In this document: one piece after another, positions 1 to 7,194 of the stretch
Layout of the letters: each line of letters opens with the position of its first letter
How positions within the stretch are numbered: position 1 is the first letter of the stretch
Program-made: the position numbers and the translations under genes
Notes under the pieces: model-generated
Told to the model about the DNA's origin: nothing
The model's input: only the letters and a program-made list of their open reading frames with translations
Database searches by the model: none
NCBI RefSeq assembly: GCF_000009045.1
Contig: NC_000964.3
Location: 1,320,001-1,352,000, forward strand
Direction of reading: 5' to 3'
Origin: Bacillus subtilis subsp. subtilis str. 168
GTDB taxonomy: Bacteria > Bacillota > Bacilli > Bacillales > Bacillaceae
DNA: 32,000 bases

Positions 1-1
1 A

Positions 2-526
2 GGGATGAACCCTCAGCACGCGATTGTGTCCGGATTGGGGGCGATGGCATCAGATAGTGAGGGCTATCCGTGGAATGCAAAATACATTATCTCAAGCGGA
101 AACCTGCTGGCCGATTTTCGCGCTAACTTAAATGCGGAGGCCCAAGGACGCCTTCAGGTGACACGGCTTTATGCCATGACCGATGATCCAGGGGTAAGAG
201 ATATGCTGTCATTTTTGATTGCAAGGGATACCTATCATCAAAATATGTGGTACGCGGCCATTAAAGAGCTGGAGGAAAGAGAACGGGATATTGTCGTCCC
301 GACGACGTTTCCGCGTGAGCTCGAAAAGCAGGAAGTCTCCTATGACCTGTTTAACTTTTCCAGGGGAGATGAAAGCTCACAAGGAAGATGGGCACATGGG
401 GAAGCCTTTGACGGCCGGGGTGAATTCAGGTATATCCCGGCTCCGATTGCGTTCGCATCTGCGCCTCATCTTAAACCGGCGCCCATGTGGCTGCATAATA
501 CAGTTCCCCCAATGTCGAAATGTTAG
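2..526 (+). CDS. yjqC: Mn-catalase family protein, C-terminal fragment; the gene starts upstream of the window
   Basis: The frame is open from base 2 and stops at 524-526. The translation has a ferritin-like Mn-catalase signature (NLNAEAQGRLQ, FLIARDTYHQNMW). Its position upstream of xkdA matches my memory of the 168 gene order. Confidence 0.8.
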   Translation, partial: GMNPQHAIVSGLGAMASDSEGYPWNAKYIISSGNLLADFRANLNAEAQGRLQVTRLYAMTDDPGVRDMLSFLIARDTYHQNMWYAAIKELEERERDIVVPTTFPRELEKQEVSYDLFNFSRGDESSQGRWAHGEAFDGRGEFRYIPAPIAFASAPHLKPAPMWLHNTVPPMSKC

Positions 527-536
527 GTTCTCTTCT

Positions 537-561
537 GGGCTGAGGAATATATCCTCAGCCC
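537..561. terminator. Hairpin between convergent yjqC and xkdA, a putative terminator
   Basis: GGGCTGAGGA (537-546) pairs perfectly with TCCTCAGCCC (552-561) around a 5-nt loop. Only a weak T tract (TATTT) follows. Confidence 0.5.
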
Positions 562-569
562 GTATTTGA

Positions 570-1166
570 TCAGATGTTTTTACCAATATGATATAACGCT
601 TTTTCCTCAGCGACCTGCAAGTGCTGCTGATCGCCTTCCTCGTACGCATTTGGCCGCTTGTGAGATAATAAATAAGCGAGCCGCTTCTGAAATTGAATAC
701 CTGCTTTACGCCGTTCAAACATGTCAAGCCTTTTATCAGCAAATTCCTTTGTTACCCGGAATACCGCCGCAATTGTGGCGAGTGCCTGGCTTCTCCATTG
801 CGGCAGTTCCATCTGCAACAGCATAAAGGTTGGCACACAGAAGTGGTACATAAATTGATTTGCCTGGAATTCCTGAAGCTCTCTGAAGAGCTTGTTCATC
901 TGAAAATGATTGCCTGCATGCTTTAACACGTGGCACAGCTCATGGCCAAAATCCTCCCATTGCTCTTCCCGTGACTTTTTTTGGTTCAATACGATACTGT
1001 ACATGCCGTCGTATTTCACCATCATGCTCCCCATATCCTCAAAATGCACCCAAATATCCAGATCCTTTGCGATTTTCAGCATGTCAATGTGATGAGGGGA
1101 TGTGATGCCCAGCCGGCCGTATAAATTTTTAACGTATTCCTCCAGATGTGATAAGTAATCGCCCAA
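570..1166 (-). CDS. xkdA: ImmA/IrrE-family zinc metalloprotease, a putative anti-repressor protease
   Basis: 198-aa ORF with a TTG start at 1166. An AAGGGAG SD lies 7 nt upstream. It has an HEXXH motif (HELCHVLKH) and sits directly downstream of xre on the same strand, as in ImmR/ImmA pairs. Confidence 0.9.
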   Translation of the reverse strand: MGDYLSHLEEYVKNLYGRLGITSPHHIDMLKIAKDLDIWVHFEDMGSMMVKYDGMYSIVLNQKKSREEQWEDFGHELCHVLKHAGNHFQMNKLFRELQEFQANQFMYHFCVPTFMLLQMELPQWRSQALATIAAVFRVTKEFADKRLDMFERRKAGIQFQKRLAYLLSHKRPNAYEEGDQQHLQVAEEKALYHIGKNI

Positions 1167-1181
1167 TTGAATACTCCCTTT

Positions 1182-1194
1182 CGAACGTTTGTTC
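1182..1194. promoter_or_regulatory. LexA (Cheo/SOS) box-like site upstream of xkdA
   Basis: CGAACGTTTGTTC fits the B. subtilis LexA core GAAC-N4-GTTC. It lies about 16 nt upstream of the xkdA start codon. Confidence 0.6.
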
Positions 1195-1328
1195 TGTTTT
1201 TAGCGAGAAAGAAAAGCCCGTATAGGACTGGAAGGTAGTGTAGAAATCTTTCCCTTTTCTTTAAAAAATAAACACTTTTTTCTTTATATCGGTCTACTTT
1301 TTATATGTTTTAGAGAACAGAGAACGAT

Positions 1329-1670
1329 TTATTTATTTTTCGGTTTGCGGTTTTTCTCTTTTTCTTTTAAATAGTTGATAAATTCGATGGCCTGCTGTTT
1401 GCTTTCTGGGGAAAAATCCTGCATATCGCGGTATGCAAGCTGCAGGTCCGGATCTGAGAACATATCGTCATCGGATTTTTTGTCTTTCCCCGTTAATAAG
1501 TAATCAGTCGTTACTTGAAAGTAATCAGCCAGCTTTTGGAGTGTGTCGTAATCGGGTTCGCTTCGCCCGTTTTCATAGTGGGAATATCGTGCCCGTGACA
1601 CACCGATGTGTGATGCGATTTCTTCCTGTGTCCTTTTCCCTCTGAGACTCTTCAATCTGCCGCCTATCAT
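1329..1670 (-). CDS. xre: PBSX repressor, Xre/Cro-CI family HTH protein
   Basis: The ORF track gives 134 aa. The Met at 1670 ([11 protein letters not shown]) has a GAGAGG SD and yields 113 aa. HTH segment: [23 protein letters not shown]. Confidence 0.92.
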
Positions 1671-1716
1671 ACTATGACCTCTCTTTTTTAAACTCCCTAC
1701 GTTACTTATGATTATA

Positions 1717-1731
1717 GATACAAAATGTATC
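1717..1731. promoter_or_regulatory. Xre operator O1, a 15-bp palindrome
   Basis: GATACAAAATGTATC, with perfect inverted GATAC half sites. It abuts a minus-strand TATAAT at 1711-1716. Confidence 0.8.
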
Positions 1732-1744
1732 AAAATAAAGTTAT

Positions 1745-1759
1745 GATAAAAAAAGTATC
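1745..1759. promoter_or_regulatory. Xre operator O2, a degenerate copy
   Basis: GATAAAAAAAGTATC has the same 15-bp architecture as O1, with GATA..TATC arms. Confidence 0.65.
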
Positions 1760-1768
1760 AAAAATAAC

Positions 1769-1797
1769 TTGATGATACAGAATGTATCGTTTATACT
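1769..1797 (+). promoter_or_regulatory. SigA-type early promoter driving the xkdB-side operon
   Basis: TTGATG (1769-1774), a 17-nt spacer, then TATACT (1792-1797). Operator O3 occupies the spacer. Confidence 0.6.
1774..1788. promoter_or_regulatory. Xre operator O3
   Basis: GATACAGAATGTATC. It lies inside the spacer of the plus-strand early promoter. Confidence 0.8.
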
Positions 1798-1808
1798 TGG
1801 TAACATCC

Positions 1809-1823
1809 GATACAAAATGTATC
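1809..1823. promoter_or_regulatory. Xre operator O4
   Basis: GATACAAAATGTATC, identical to O1. It lies just downstream of the predicted early-promoter -10. Confidence 0.8.
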
Positions 1824-1847
1824 AAAAAAGATCAGGAGAGTGATCAC

Positions 1848-2027
1848 ATGTATCCGATCCAAATCGTTTTTAGTGAAAATCCCATAGATCAGCGCCATCT
1901 CGGACAATCCGGCGGCACCATTTCGTTTACCGCATGCGGCCTTCCGGTGTTTCACTTTGAAACGCAGGAACAGTTTCAAGCATACATGATGTTAAAAGGA
2001 GAAGCGGCGTACAATGAAAAACGATAA
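1848..2027 (+). CDS. Small hypothetical protein (59 aa), first gene of the early operon
   Basis: ATG at 1848 is preceded by AGGAGAG (1834-1840). The longer 81-aa track ORF would start inside the operator region. The 3' end overlaps the xkdB start by 14 nt. Confidence 0.6.
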   Translation: MYPIQIVFSENPIDQRHLGQSGGTISFTACGLPVFHFETQEQFQAYMMLKGEAAYNEKR

Positions 2028-2850
2028 AAGCTATCCTTTTCCGACGTATTCAGGGTTGTTGAATTCAGAACATTATGACAAAATTGGCCCGGCGTTATGG
2101 CTGTTTCTCTGGTTTATCAGCTCAACAACAAAAGAAATCGAAAAAGACGGCGTAAGCTGGGGCATCGTACTCGGCCATAAGCCGTTAAAAGCGAGAGAAA
2201 TGGCGGCAGTCTTCGGCGTAAGTGAAAAAACCGTCAGAAGATGGCTGGAGCTTCTCGAAAACCATGATTACATAAAGGCCGTCCGTGCGCCATACGGACT
2301 GATGATTTCGGTCAAGCATTCAAAAAAATTCAGCTTCAGATCGGACAATACTGTACACGGGAGTCTAAAAGAACGGCCATTTTCGCCGCAGACACCGGAC
2401 ACAAACGACCGTACAGATATAGATAAAACAAACAAATATACTGCTGCTGATGATGCAGTGGATCACATTGCGAAGCGGTTTACACAATTACGGTCGGCTC
2501 AAGAAGGACGCACCGTGTATCCTTCCTCAAGAGATTATCAAGCCATCGCCCGCATTGTTGCCATCGGCGTTCCTGTCACGCAAACAATCAAATGGCTTGA
2601 AGAATGCTTTCAGGCTTTTGAAAACCGGCGGACCGCCGCTTCTGAAACAATCAAGGCTTTTCGCTACTGCTCGAAATTCATTGAAGATCGATTTTTCGCG
2701 CAGCAAGCCAAAAAGAATGCCGCAATTCAGCATGAGAGGATGAAAAAACATGACAAAACGAACAATCGAACAGATTTTGGACGAGCTGAGAAGAGGGAGA
2801 CGTCCATTACTGGCGGACAAACCGGCCGAATCAGACGCAAGCAGGTATGA
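2014..2850 (+). CDS. xkdB: Phage replication-organizer-like protein with an N-terminal winged HTH and a DnaD-like C-terminal region
   Basis: 278-aa ORF with an AAAGGAG SD. HTH-like segment: EMAAVFGVSEKTVRRWLELLENHDYI. Length and position match my memory of xkdB. Confidence 0.88.
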   Translation: MKNDKSYPFPTYSGLLNSEHYDKIGPALWLFLWFISSTTKEIEKDGVSWGIVLGHKPLKAREMAAVFGVSEKTVRRWLELLENHDYIKAVRAPYGLMISVKHSKKFSFRSDNTVHGSLKERPFSPQTPDTNDRTDIDKTNKYTAADDAVDHIAKRFTQLRSAQEGRTVYPSSRDYQAIARIVAIGVPVTQTIKWLEECFQAFENRRTAASETIKAFRYCSKFIEDRFFAQQAKKNAAIQHERMKKHDKTNNRTDFGRAEKRETSITGGQTGRIRRKQV

Positions 2851-3550
2851 TTGCCTGCGCTGCAAGGATCAGGGAGGTTATCTCGTCAGGCAGAATGGCC
2901 TGGAAGTCTGGACGATGTGCAGCTGCATGGCAGAACGAAAAGTGAAGCGGCTGCTGGGTGCAAGTGAGATTACCCACGCTTTCAGACAGCTCGGCTTCAA
3001 GGAATTCCGCACGGAGGGAAAGCCGCAGGCCATAAAAGACGCATTTGAGTGTACAAAAGAGTATGTTGCCGATTATGAACAAATCAAGGATTGCCGAAAA
3101 AACAGCATTGCCCTTTTAGGACAGCCCGGATCAGGGAAAACACACCTTTTGACCGCCGCAGCCAACGAATTAATGAGAACATGCTATGTGCCTGTCATTT
3201 ATTTTCCGTTCGTGGAAGGCTTTACTGATCTGAAAAATGATTTTGCCCTATTAGAAGCGAAGCTGAACCGGATGAAGCAGGCGGATGTGCTGTTCATTGA
3301 TGATCTGTTTAAACCGGTTAACGGCAAACCCCGCGCTACAGATTGGCAATTAGAGCAAATGTATTCGGTACTCAACTATCGCTACTTAAATCATAAACCG
3401 ATTTTGCTTTCGAGCGAGCTGACAATTGAAGGACTTGTACGGGTCGATGAAGCGCTCGGCACGAGAATCTATGAGATGTGCAGTGACTATTTAGTGATTA
3501 TCAAAGGAGCAGCCTACGAGCTTAACCATAGATTGGAGGGCGTCAGATAA
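2750..3550 (+). CDS. xkdC: DnaC/IstB-like AAA+ ATPase (helicase-loader-like)
   Basis: 266 aa. Walker A is GQPGSGKTH and Walker B is VLFIDDL, with an N-terminal Cys pattern CLRC..CSC. A GAGAGGA SD lies 9-10 nt before the ATG at 2750. Confidence 0.9.
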   Translation: MTKRTIEQILDELRRGRRPLLADKPAESDASRYDCLRCKDQGGYLVRQNGLEVWTMCSCMAERKVKRLLGASEITHAFRQLGFKEFRTEGKPQAIKDAFECTKEYVADYEQIKDCRKNSIALLGQPGSGKTHLLTAAANELMRTCYVPVIYFPFVEGFTDLKNDFALLEAKLNRMKQADVLFIDDLFKPVNGKPRATDWQLEQMYSVLNYRYLNHKPILLSSELTIEGLVRVDEALGTRIYEMCSDYLVIIKGAAYELNHRLEGVR

Positions 3551-3717
3551 TGTGTAAGCTTTGTCAAACAAAGAAAGTCATTGTGGAACATACCGGTATT
3601 GGAGTTGTTTTTCATCCATGTCCGAACTGCCGGTCCGGCACTGACTTAACGCCTGTCATTCAAAAGCTGGAGCAAATGCTGACAGCGGGAAAAGCGAGGC
3701 TGAATATCTATGATTAA
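3550..3717 (+). CDS. 55-aa zinc-ribbon-like micro-protein, below the ORF-track size cutoff
   Basis: I translated it by hand: MCKLCQTKKVIVEHTGIGVVFHPCPNCRSGTDLTPVIQKLEQMLTAGKARLNIYD. It has CxxC..CxxC. Its ATG overlaps the xkdC stop (TAATG). Confidence 0.6.
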   Translation: MCKLCQTKKVIVEHTGIGVVFHPCPNCRSGTDLTPVIQKLEQMLTAGKARLNIYD

Positions 3718-3805
3718 ACAGCTGACTGCTCTAATCGCTTTGCTGTTTCGGGCAAAGCGAACAGAAAAAAACATTGAACAATGGTATAAGGACGACGGGA
3801 AGTGA
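3710..3805 (+). CDS. 31-aa micro-ORF bridging the zinc-ribbon ORF and xkdD
   Basis: Hand translation: MIKQLTALIALLFRAKRTEKNIEQWYKDDGK. Its ATG overlaps the upstream stop region (ATGATTAA). Its TGA overlaps the xkdD GTG start (GTGA). Confidence 0.35.
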   Translation: MIKQLTALIALLFRAKRTEKNIEQWYKDDGK

Positions 3806-4152
3806 AAGTGTTGGCAAAGACAAAACAGGCAGAGAAAAGCCCTGCGCCGTGGCGTGCTGTCCCGTGCGGGGATACGAAACCGATCTATATTTATTCAGCT
3901 TACAGTGAAGAAGAAAAAGAAAGATTTCCGTACTCAAACGGGCGGCTGATTGCAGCTGTATTTGACCTCAGCTCTTATTCGCAAAAAAGCAATGCCTCTT
4001 TGATGGCCGCTGCGCCTGAATTGCTGGAAGCGTCTAAAGCAGCACTTGATTTTCTGAAAGGGAATTCTATTCATTCAAAGGAGCGTATCATTCAGCTATT
4101 AGAAAAAGCTGAAGCAAGCGCTGCACCGAAAAGGGGAGGAAATAAAACATGA
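3802..4152 (+). CDS. xkdD: PBSX early protein of unknown function
   Basis: 116-codon ORF starting at GTG 3802; a GTG at 3808 is an alternative. Its stop overlaps the xtrA ATG (ATGA). Confidence 0.8.
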   Translation: MKVLAKTKQAEKSPAPWRAVPCGDTKPIYIYSAYSEEEKERFPYSNGRLIAAVFDLSSYSQKSNASLMAAAPELLEASKAALDFLKGNSIHSKERIIQLLEKAEASAAPKRGGNKT

Positions 4153-4355
4153 TTCATCCGAAAAAACTGCTGCATATCGATTCCGTCACGCTTAAGAGCC
4201 AGCTGGAGGACGGGAAAATCCGTGTCATTATTGTGGACGGCATCAAGCAAGAAGCATGGATCACAGAAGCGCCAGAGCATGGAAAAACGCTCGTCGAAAC
4301 AAGAAAGGGCGATCTTGCTCGTGTGGAATTTGAAATCGGCTACAAATTAAATTAA
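4149..4355 (+). CDS. xtrA: Small PBSX early protein XtrA (68 aa)
   Basis: 68-aa ORF coupled to xkdD by an ATGA overlap. Size and position match my memory of xtrA. Confidence 0.85.
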   Translation: MIHPKKLLHIDSVTLKSQLEDGKIRVIIVDGIKQEAWITEAPEHGKTLVETRKGDLARVEFEIGYKLN

Positions 4356-4390
4356 AGCGAAAACAGAATACGTCCAAGACGGAAAGCCTG

Positions 4391-4442
4391 CGGACACTGA
4401 TCAACTGCACAGCATTTGTGCGTTGATTGGTGTCCGTTTTTT
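4391..4442 (+). terminator. Strong intrinsic terminator between xtrA and xpf
   Basis: CGGACACTGATCAAC (4391-4405) pairs with GTTGATTGGTGTCCG (4422-4436) over 15 bp, including 2 G-U pairs. The loop extends the helix with GCACA/TGTGC. TTTTTT follows at 4437-4442. Confidence 0.75.
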
Positions 4443-4470
4443 ATTTGCCAAAAATGAGGAGGATCATAGA

Positions 4471-4980
4471 ATGCAAGACTTACTATTTGAATATAAACGC
4501 ACGCTCAAACAAACAAGAATACAATATAAACCGCTCGCTGAGGCAGATGAATCCGTGCTCTCAGCTGAAGAGCTGAAGGATAAAAAAATCATCAGAAATA
4601 TGATTACTGATCTTGAATATGTAACAGAATGGCTTGAAAAAGGAAGGCAGCCCGGCATCAGACGGGCGATTGACCGGCGTGATGTTTACCAGCGGCTGAT
4701 GATCAAGGACCCGAGAATCATCGAATCATTTTCCAGCGCTATGATGTTTGAGCCGGACGGACAGGTATCAGAAGAAGACAGAGATAGAATTCGAGAAGCA
4801 TTAGCCCTGTTAACGGACAGAGAAAAGGAAATGTTTTTGCTGCATAAGGTAGAATGTTTTTCTTATGAACGGATCGCCGATCTTCTCGGCGTAAAAAAAT
4901 CGACAGTGCAAACGACGATTAAACGGGCGAGTTTAAAGATGCAAAGACAGCAGGAAGAAATGAATCGATCACTTGCCTGA
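4471..4980 (+). CDS. xpf: PBSX late-gene sigma factor (sigma-70 family, region 4 HTH)
   Basis: ATG 4471 (MQDLLFEYKR) follows a GAGGAGG SD and gives 169 aa. Region-4-like HTH: FSYERIADLLGVKKSTVQTTIKRA. The 185-aa track ORF would begin inside the terminator. Confidence 0.9.
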   Translation: MQDLLFEYKRTLKQTRIQYKPLAEADESVLSAEELKDKKIIRNMITDLEYVTEWLEKGRQPGIRRAIDRRDVYQRLMIKDPRIIESFSSAMMFEPDGQVSEEDRDRIREALALLTDREKEMFLLHKVECFSYERIADLLGVKKSTVQTTIKRASLKMQRQQEEMNRSLA

Positions 4981-5027
4981 AAGCTTGTCATACGTTTGCC
5001 ACCTATAAGTGAATAGAGCATGACACT

Positions 5028-5054
5028 AAGCGGCTGGCTGATCAGCCGCTTTTA
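5028..5054 (+). terminator. Hairpin plus short T tract downstream of xpf
   Basis: AAGCGGCTG (5028-5036) pairs with CAGCCGCTT (5043-5051) and is followed by TTA. The T tail is weak. Confidence 0.45.
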
Positions 5055-5085
5055 TGAATAAACAACCATGCTGGAGGTGGCGGTG

Positions 5086-5094
5086 ATGCAGTAG
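5086..5094 (+). promoter_or_regulatory. Leader mini-ORF (ATG CAG TAG) ending 1 nt before the xtmA ATG
   Basis: The GGAGGTGG SD (5073-5080) is 5 nt from ATG 5086 but about 15 nt from the xtmA ATG at 5096. The same frame also opens at ATG 5068 (MLEVAVMQ). Confidence 0.45.
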
Positions 5095-5095
5095 C

Positions 5096-5893
5096 ATGAA
5101 AACACAACAGCGCGAACAAGCATTAGCAATCTATCAACAACATCAAGGAAAGATCACAAATCGGGCGATTGCGGACACAATCGGTGTTTCCGCGAAAACA
5201 ATCGGCATCTGGAAAAAACAAGACAAATGGAAAGAGGCGCTGTTTTCTGCGTCCAAAAACGAACAAAAACAGCGCCCTATAAACAACGATGAATTAAATG
5301 AACGCCAGCGGCTGTTTTGCCTGTATTACGTCAAAAGCTTCAATGCCACACAGTCAGCAATCAAAGCGGGCTATTCTCCGGACAGCGCTCATGTGACGGG
5401 CAGCCGACTCTTAAAAAACGAAAAGGTCGCTGCTGAAATTAGACGCATTAAAAAAGAAATGGTCAATGAAATGTTTATTGAAGCGATGGATGTGCTGCAG
5501 GTTTATATCAAGATCGCGTTTGCGGATATTACGGACTATGTGACCTTTGGAAAAAAAGAGGTCCAGGCTGTCGGGAAATCGGGTCCGCTGTTTGATGAAG
5601 ATGATAATCCGATTATGAAGGAAATCAGCTTTGTCGATGTCAAAGACTCCGGGCTCGTTGATGGCACCATTGTAACGGAAGCAAAGCTTGGGAAAGAAGG
5701 CATTGCCATCAAGCTTGCAGATAAAATGAAGGCGCTTGAGAAGCTATCCTTATATTTTGATTTGTTTCCAGATCAATTTAAACAAAAAATTGAAAATGAG
5801 AAATTGAAGCTTGCCAAACAAAAAGCGGAGAAAACAGATGACAGCCAGGAGCCGATTGAAATTATGATCAAACGAAAAGAGCGCAAGTCATGA
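5096..5893 (+). CDS. xtmA: Terminase small subunit
   Basis: 265 aa with an N-terminal HTH-like segment ([22 protein letters not shown]) and a Terminase_2-like core ([13 protein letters not shown]). It directly precedes the large subunit with an ATGA overlap. Confidence 0.92.
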   Translation: MKTQQREQALAIYQQHQGKITNRAIADTIGVSAKTIGIWKKQDKWKEALFSASKNEQKQRPINNDELNERQRLFCLYYVKSFNATQSAIKAGYSPDSAHVTGSRLLKNEKVAAEIRRIKKEMVNEMFIEAMDVLQVYIKIAFADITDYVTFGKKEVQAVGKSGPLFDEDDNPIMKEISFVDVKDSGLVDGTIVTEAKLGKEGIAIKLADKMKALEKLSLYFDLFPDQFKQKIENEKLKLAKQKAEKTDDSQEPIEIMIKRKERKS

Positions 5894-7191
5894 TTGTAAA
5901 AGAAATCAACCCTCATTTCGAAGATTACGTGTTCAATTGGGAGCAGACGTACCAGTTTCTTGTCGGCGGCTACGGCTCATCCAAAAGCTATCATACCGCA
6001 TTGAAAATCGTGCTAAAGCTGCTGAAGGAAAAACGGACGGCCCTTGTGATCCGGGAGGTGTTCGATACCCATCGGGATTCGACCTTCGCCTTGTTTCAAG
6101 AGGTGATCGAAGAGCTCGGTCTCACAAAGGCCGTGGCATCTCTTTCTTCCCCGCTGCAGCTGCGATTTCACAATGGCAGCCGGATCATGTTCAAAGGAAT
6201 GGACAATCCGGCAAAATTAAAATCGGTTCATAACATTTCATTAATATGGATTGAAGAGTGCTCAGAGGTGAAGTATGAGGGGTTCAAGGAGTTAATCGGA
6301 CGTCTTCGCCATCCTGAGCTAAAGCTTCATATGATCTGTACCACCAATCCCGTCGGCACCTCCAATTGGACGTATAGGCATTTTTTTCGGGATGAACGCA
6401 AGAAACGGTTTGTGCTGGATGACAGCGAACTTTACGAAAAGCGGACGATTGTAAAGGGAGATACGTATTACCATCATTCCACCGCTAACGACAATCTTTT
6501 TCTCCCGGAAAGCTATGTGAAACAGCTTGACGGACTCAAAGAGTATGATCCCGACCTGTACCGGATTGCCCGAAAAGGACGATTCGGCGTCAACGGGATC
6601 AGGGTGCTGCCGCAGTTCGAGGTACTCCCGCATGATCAAGTGAAAAAATGTATCGCAGCCATCAGCAAACCAATCTTTCGTACAGGTATGGATTTTGGAT
6701 TCGAGGAATCCTATAATGCCGTCGTCCGGCTTGCTGTAGATCCTGAAAAAAAATACCTCTACATTTATTGGGAGTATTATCAAAATAAAATGACAGATGA
6801 TAGGACGGCTGAGGAGCTGCGTGAGTTTATTGAGACACAGGAATTGATCAAAGCCGACTCGGCTGAGCCGAAAAGCATTCAATATTTCCGCCAGCAGGGC
6901 TTTCGGATGGTTGGAGCCAGAAAGTTTCCCGGCTCCAGGCTTCAATATACCAAAAAGGTAAAACGGTTCAAAAAAATCTTCTGTTCGGACCGCTGTGAAA
7001 ATGTCATCTATGAGCTCGAGACACTTACGTATGCCAAAGATAAAAACGGAGCTCTGATTGAGGATGAATTCACGATTGACCCGCATACGCTTTCTGCCAT
7101 TTGGTATGCGCTTGATGATTATGAGGTTGCTGATATGAAAGAGACAGCACACAAACGAATGCGGCCGAACCGAGAAAGGAGGAGGTCATAA
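5890..7191 (+). CDS. xtmB: Terminase large subunit (ATPase/nuclease)
   Basis: 433 aa with a Walker A-like [10 protein letters not shown]. Position and length match my memory of xtmB. Confidence 0.93.
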   Translation: MIVKEINPHFEDYVFNWEQTYQFLVGGYGSSKSYHTALKIVLKLLKEKRTALVIREVFDTHRDSTFALFQEVIEELGLTKAVASLSSPLQLRFHNGSRIMFKGMDNPAKLKSVHNISLIWIEECSEVKYEGFKELIGRLRHPELKLHMICTTNPVGTSNWTYRHFFRDERKKRFVLDDSELYEKRTIVKGDTYYHHSTANDNLFLPESYVKQLDGLKEYDPDLYRIARKGRFGVNGIRVLPQFEVLPHDQVKKCIAAISKPIFRTGMDFGFEESYNAVVRLAVDPEKKYLYIYWEYYQNKMTDDRTAEELREFIETQELIKADSAEPKSIQYFRQQGFRMVGARKFPGSRLQYTKKVKRFKKIFCSDRCENVIYELETLTYAKDKNGALIEDEFTIDPHTLSAIWYALDDYEVADMKETAHKRMRPNRERRRS

Positions 7192-7194
7192 ATC

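Noticed and set aside
219-1092. Several 60-120-aa alternative-frame ORFs overlapping yjqC and xkdA
   Set aside because: All are nested in or antisense to ORFs with clear family signatures (Mn catalase, HEXXH protease). None has a convincing ribosome binding site.
1306-1326. GAACAGAGAAC near the xre stop, as a possible second LexA box
   Set aside because: The two GAAC elements are direct rather than inverted repeats, so there is no GTTC arm. It does not fit GAAC-N4-GTTC.
1671-1733. N-terminal extension of xre to 134 aa
   Set aside because: The extension would start within operator O1 and the promoter region with no SD. The Met at 1670 has an SD and gives a typical 113-aa Xre-family protein.
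4423-4470. Upstream TTG start giving a 185-aa Xpf
   Set aside because: This start lies inside the terminator hairpin and has no SD. ATG 4471 has a GAGGAGG SD at ideal spacing.
4981-5027. TTGTCA..TATAAG as the late (Xpf-dependent) promoter
   Set aside because: The spacer is only 13 nt, and I do not know the Xpf recognition consensus. The late promoter probably lies in 4981-5085, but I cannot place it from sequence alone.
6319-7152. 277-aa antisense ORF on the minus strand inside xtmB
   Set aside because: It lies entirely within the well-supported terminase large subunit gene. It has no SD or recognisable motif, and its sequence is low-complexity-like. It is most likely a chance open frame opposite a coding strand.
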